A stretch of DNA of 64,000 nucleotides. Source: the human T2T-CHM13v2.0 reference genome, Homo sapiens. Location: the NCBI RefSeq assembly GCF_009914755.1, contig NC_060927.1; one strand, written 5' to 3'. Shown one piece after another: positions 58,690 through 64,000 of the stretch (positions are counted from its first letter, which is position 1; each line of letters opens with the position of its first letter). Below the pieces are notes generated by a model that was given only the letters and a program-made list of their open reading frames with translations, was not told the origin of the DNA and did not search any database. A program made the position numbers and the translations under genes.

Positions 58690-61600
58690 AAATAAATGAG
58701 GCCTTTTATGAAAAAGACCGTGTGCCAGGTAACCACAAATAGAGATTCCAACTTCTGGTGTGTCAAGAGTAAGGACCTCTGAAAATCCATTTTTACCCAA
58801 AAGCAATGATAACACTGCCAGAAGTTGGCAGAAGCAACTTTTCCAGAACTCTGGAAAATTACCAGGCATTTGTGACAATCTGAGGAGCATTTATCCAAAA
58901 AAAAAAAGCCTGAAATCGTGGTAGGACAGCAAGTTTTGTGGAGTTTTAACTTGCTTTATTCCTGTCTTCTTTCAGCTTCACAATAGCCTTGAAAACCAAC
59001 AGCCTCACAAATCACAGTTACTTTGAAAACCAGCAGCCTTGCAGGCACTGAAGAAGGCAGAATGGGTTTAAGAGTTCTCCAAAACTTCCAGCTGCAGAGA
59101 ATTGTTACTATTTGACTTGTCTGACAGTTCGCTGGAAACCCCACTCACAGGGCTTATCTTTTTTCACCTGACTTGGAGTTTATTCACTGCAAACAGTGTT
59201 TTCCCTGGTGCATTTGTTGAAAATAATCAGCAGCACTTGTTTGACATAACATGGAGTGGGTAACAGCTGGGTCAAACAAGAAGCTGGGGAATGAGATGTC
59301 CATCCTGACATCTGGAAAGCTCTGACATATTTCTAGAATGTAATATGTGTAAGGTTGGACACATTTTCCAGGAAAAACCTGAGAGGTCTCTAAGCTCTCA
59401 CCTCACATTTAGTCTCTGTCCGAGCACGAATGGAAGGTGTGTTAGGCCAGTCTCGCATTGCTAAAAAGAAATACCTACGACTAGGTAATTTATAAAGAAA
59501 AGCAGTTTAATTGGTTCATCGTTCTTCAGGCTGTACAGGAAACATGATACTGGCATTTGTCAAGTTTCTAGGGAGGCCTTAGGAAACTTACAATCATGGT
59601 GGAAGGCGAAGGGGGAGCTGGCATGTCACATGTCCAGAGCAAGAGCAAGAGAGATCAGGGAGGTGCCACACACTTTTAAACAACCAGATCTCATAAGAAC
59701 TCACTATCACGAGGACAGCACCAAGAAGGATGGTGCTAAACTATTCATGAGAAATCCACCCCCATGATCCACTCACTTCCCACCAGGCCACACCTCCAAC
59801 ACTGGGGGTTACATTTCAACATGAGATTTGGGTGGGGGTACAGATCCAAACTATATCAGAAGGCTAAGGCAGTGTTGCAGACTGCCTGCCTGAGGGTAGA
59901 AGACATGCCCCAACATGCACACACAGCCCGTAGGCAAACACTTAATAAACTTAAAGGCATTTATTAGTCTCTCCAGTTACTAGCTGACCACTAAGATAAC
60001 CAGACAGACCTCTGTGGCCAAACACACAAAGGATACTAGGAGAGACTATGAACAACTCTATGGCAAAAATTACATAAACCAGATGAAATGGACACACTTT
60101 TAGAAAAAGAAAAATTATCAAAACTAAGTCAAGAAAAAATAAAATATCTGAAAAGTCCTGTAACAGGAGATTGAACTAGTGATTTTAAAACTTCCTGCAA
60201 AGAAAAAGTCCAGGCCCAGATGGCTTCAATTGTGCATTCTACCAAACATTTAAAGAAAAAAATAGAATTAATCTTTCACAAATTCTTCCAAAATACAAAA
60301 GAGGAGGGATCACTTCCCAATACATTTGATGAGGCCACATTATCCTCATACCAAACCCCTCCCAAAAAAATCTCAAGAAAACTATAGACCCATATATATC
60401 CCTTAGGAATATTGATGCAGAAATCCTCAAGAACTGCTACAAAATGAATCCAGTGACATGAAAAATTATAGACTGATCAAGTGGGATGTATGCTAAAAAT
60501 GTAAGGTTAGGACTCCTGACTCAACATCATTCACCATGTTAATAGAATAAAGGAAAAAAACACATAACCACATCAGTAAACACAGAAAAAGCATTTGACA
60601 AAATGCAACTCCTCTTCATTATAAAAACACTCAGAAACTATGAATAGAAAGGAACTTCCTCAACCTGATAAAGGGCATTAAATGAAAAACCCACAACTAA
60701 CATCGGACTTAATGGTGAAAGGCTGAATGCGTTTCCCCCATGACATGACAAGGATGTCCATTTTCAACAGACATTTCTGTTCAACACTGTACTTACTGGA
60801 GGTTCTCGTTAGGGAATTTAGGCAGGAAAAACAATAAGTGGCAAAAGAAGTAAAACTATATTCCCAGATAACATGATCATGTATATAGAAAATCCTAAGG
60901 AATACACACACACATACCCTGTTAGACTAAATGTTGAACAGTTTTGCAGTATGCAAGATAAATGGGCAATAAATAATGCAAACATGAAGAAAATTCCATT
61001 TATAATAGCATCAAAAAGAATAACGAAGTTTAAAACGTACTCTGGAAATTGCAAAAACACTACTGAAAGAAATTAAAGAAGACCCAAATAAATGGAAAGA
61101 CATCCCATGTTCATGGTTTGAGAGACTTAATATTTTTAAGATGGAAGAATTCCTCAAATTGATCTATGGATTCAACACAATCCCCAACAAAATCCCAGCT
61201 GGGGTCTTTGTAGAGATTGACAAGCTGATCCTCAAATTCATACAGAAATTTAGAAATTTAAGGGACCCTGAGTAGGCAAACTAATCTTTAAAAAGAAAAG
61301 CCAAGTTGGATGACTCATACTTCCTGATTAAAAACTTAACTACAAAGCTGTAATAATTAAGACAGTGTGGTGCTGGCATAAGGACAGACATTTAGATCAG
61401 TGGAATAGAATTGATAGTCCAGAAATATACTCTCATATTTACAGTCAATTGATTTTCTATATGGCGCTAAAACAACTCAGTGCGGAAAAGAACAGTCTTT
61501 TAAACAAGTGGTGCTGGGAGAACTGGATATTTACATGCCAAAGAATGAATTTGGATCCTTTCCACAGAAAGTATACTAGTATAACTCAAAATGGATCACA

Positions 61601-62690
61601 GACCTAAATGTTAGAGCTAAAACTATAAAATTCTTAGAATATAGGAGTAAATCTTTGTGATATCGTATATGGCACCAAAAGCTCAAGCAATAAAAGAAAA
61701 GATGGATAAACTGGACCTCACCCAAATTAAATTTTTTTGTACTTCAAAGGACATCATCAAGATAGTGAAAAGATACCCATGGAGTGGGAGACTATATTTG
61801 CAAAGTACATATCAGATAAGGAAAGAACTCTTACAACTCAAAAATGAAAAGACATAACCCTACTTAAAAAAAAATAGGCAGAGGACCTAAATAGATGTTT
61901 CTCCAGAGAAGATATGCAAATGGCCAATTAGTACATGAAAAGATCCTCATTATTACTCATTAGATAAATGTAACTTAAGACTACAATGAGATACCACTTC
62001 CTACCTACTGGGACAGTTATAATCAAAAAGAATAACAAATGTGGGTATGGATGTGAAGAAATTGGATCCCTCATATATGGAAATGTGAAATGTTACAGCC
62101 ACTTGGAAAATGGTCTTGTAATTCCTTAAATGATTAAATGGAGAATTATATCACCCAGTTGTTTCACCCCTTAGTATATACCCCACAAATGAAAATACAT
62201 GTTCCTCAAAAACTTGTACACAAATGTTTATAACAGTATTATTCATAATAGCCAAAAAGTGGAAACCACCCAAATGTCCATTAGTTGACTAATGTGTAAA
62301 CAAACTCTGGTATAGTGGAATAAAATTTGTCAATAAAAAGGAATCAAGTGCTGACAAATGCTACAACATGGATGAACCTTGAAAATATAAGTAAAAGAAG
62401 ACAGTCATAAAAGGCCACATGTTGTATGATTCCATTTATATAAAATGTCCAGAATATGTAAATCCATAGAGACTGAAAGTAAATTAGTGACTTTCTAGGG
62501 TTGGGGGAAGGAGGAAACAGGGAATGACTGCTAATGTATTCAGGATTTCTTTCTGGGGTGATGAATGTCTTCTGGAATTAGTGATCAATACACAACTTAG
62601 TGAATATATGAAAACCACCAAATTTCACACTTTAAAAGTGAGTTTTATGGTAGGGAATTATGTATCAATAAAAGTATTATTTTAAAAATC
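58690..62690 (+). mobile_element. Degenerate L1 (L1M/L1MB-like): 5' region, ORF2 remnants and 3' UTR
   Basis: ORF fragments WCWHKDRHLDQWNRIDSPE...LLNKWCWENWI and MIMYIENPKE match L1 ORF2; many stops and frameshifts. Confidence 0.9.
59438..59858. mobile_element. MSTA-like solo LTR inserted in L1
   Basis: TG...CA termini with 5-bp TSD GAAGG on both sides. Confidence 0.88.
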
Positions 62691-63259
62691 TTAACAACCA
62701 TGAACATATTTTCATGAGAAATCCACAGTAGTGTCTTTTAAATTGTTATGTTCAAAAGATTTTTTTTTTTAACAGCAAGGGGGGAAAAGTAAGGAAATGA
62801 TGCTTTTCACCATCATTGGGAAAACCGCCTCTGTAACCATATTTTACTCCTACTCCCTCTCTCACCTCCCCTTACTGCTCCAAACTCTGAGGCTGCAAGA
62901 CACCCAAGTGGGAGTTTGGAACTTCCAAGGCACAGTCTTTTTATCTATTAGCAAATTCATTTTTAACCACAAAGGTCTGAGGGCACACTCTTACTGCATT
63001 CAATACAAGTCTTGGACATTCCATTTCTGTCATCTAGAGCATCATATAGTGGCAAAGCCCTAGTCAGATTTATCTCTGGTGCCTTTCCAGCTTTCATTTC
63101 TGTTCCACTGCTCCACATCCTAGGGACTCAGGGGCTCTTAGGTGTCTTCTGATTCTCAGGAGCCTGTACCAGACCTGGCCTCATCTGCACCACAATCCCA
63201 AGATCAGAATTACTCTCCTTTTCTCCCACCTGATCAAAACTATTTCTGGTTGTCTCTGC

Positions 63260-64000
63260 TTCTGATTTTAATTAATTAAAATTATTCATGCTAAAGCTGA
63301 AGGTAACAATTGCTAATCAAAACTAATGTCTTAAATGTATTTATTTTATGAAGGTATTTCCTAGCTTTGTTCACTGAAAAGGCAAAAACAGTGACAAACT
63401 GAAAAAAAATGAGCCCCCACTAAGGAGTCTCTAAAAACATTTCTTTAAAAGAACCAGAGCCCATTGGGAGGAATGTGTGATTCCAACTCGGGCAGAAAAC
63501 ATTTAAAATCAGTCTGGAATATCTTGTCAGAAAGAAAGCTATCAATGACCACTGATGATGTGTTGAAAGGACTCGGGAGCCAACTTAGAAGGGTTCCCAA
63601 TGGGATTAAAAGGAACAACTGAAACAGTCTAGAGCACATCACGTGTAAAAATGCAACGTAAGGAAGTGCAAGAAAACCAATTTGTTCATTTTAAAACTGG
63701 CAAATAAAGGGAAAGAATCCAGCATTTATTCCACATTTTCTGCATGGTTTATGCCTTAAGATAACCAAATAGTTAATGTGAAGGGGGAGAATACCACCAT
63801 TTTGCAATCCCTAATGAAATGAATGGATCTAGGTAATAATCACCATTGTCTGCTAAAAAAAAAAGATAGATGAAAGGTTGATGGGGAACTTTCTAAAAGG
63901 TGAATCAGACTGATAGCATGTACTGAACAATCTTAATATGAAAAGAGACAAAATTGGCATATGCCTATTGATGTGGCATAATAAGACAGACACAATACCA
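63260..64000 (+). mobile_element. Old L1 3' UTR fragment (L1MC-like)
   Basis: gaaccagagcccattgggaggaatgtgtgattcca...gaaaacatttaa resembles the 1770-1850 L1MC segment. Confidence 0.55.

Noticed and set aside
60239-61857. ORFs resembling reverse transcriptase protein
   Set aside because: Fragmented L1 ORF2 with many stops and frameshifts; not an intact or domesticated gene

Overview
Primate (very probably human, chr3q21.1 from gene content and order) genomic DNA containing three protein-coding genes that the supplied ORF track misses because they are spliced: the last two exons of CSTA (cystatin A/stefin A, + strand, 3107-3208 and 6997-7125), the complete five-exon CDS of MIX23/CCDC58 (- strand, 48776 to 25448, 144 aa) and the first coding exon of FAM162A (+ strand, ATG 49818). 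MIX23 and FAM162A, both mitochondrial, lie head-to-head on a CpG-rich divergent promoter (ATGs 1042 bp apart). The remainder is mostly interspersed repeats (about 40 Alu segments, old L1/L2/CR1/MIR, MaLR LTRs, Tigger/MER/MADE1 DNA transposons) and microsatellites; repeat family names are from recall and boundaries are approximate. I found no convincing new multi-gene system. The best leads are: a ~200 bp, ~85% identical direct duplication bracketing the bidirectional promoter; an odd MIX23 3' UTR (AATAAA fused to the stop codon, U32 and A20 tracts); an all-phase-0 MIX23 exon structure with a candidate 15-nt in-frame microexon and a candidate poison exon; and a tandem duplication of the MIX23 exon 4 acceptor region. 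All are sequence-level hypotheses needing RNA or comparative data.
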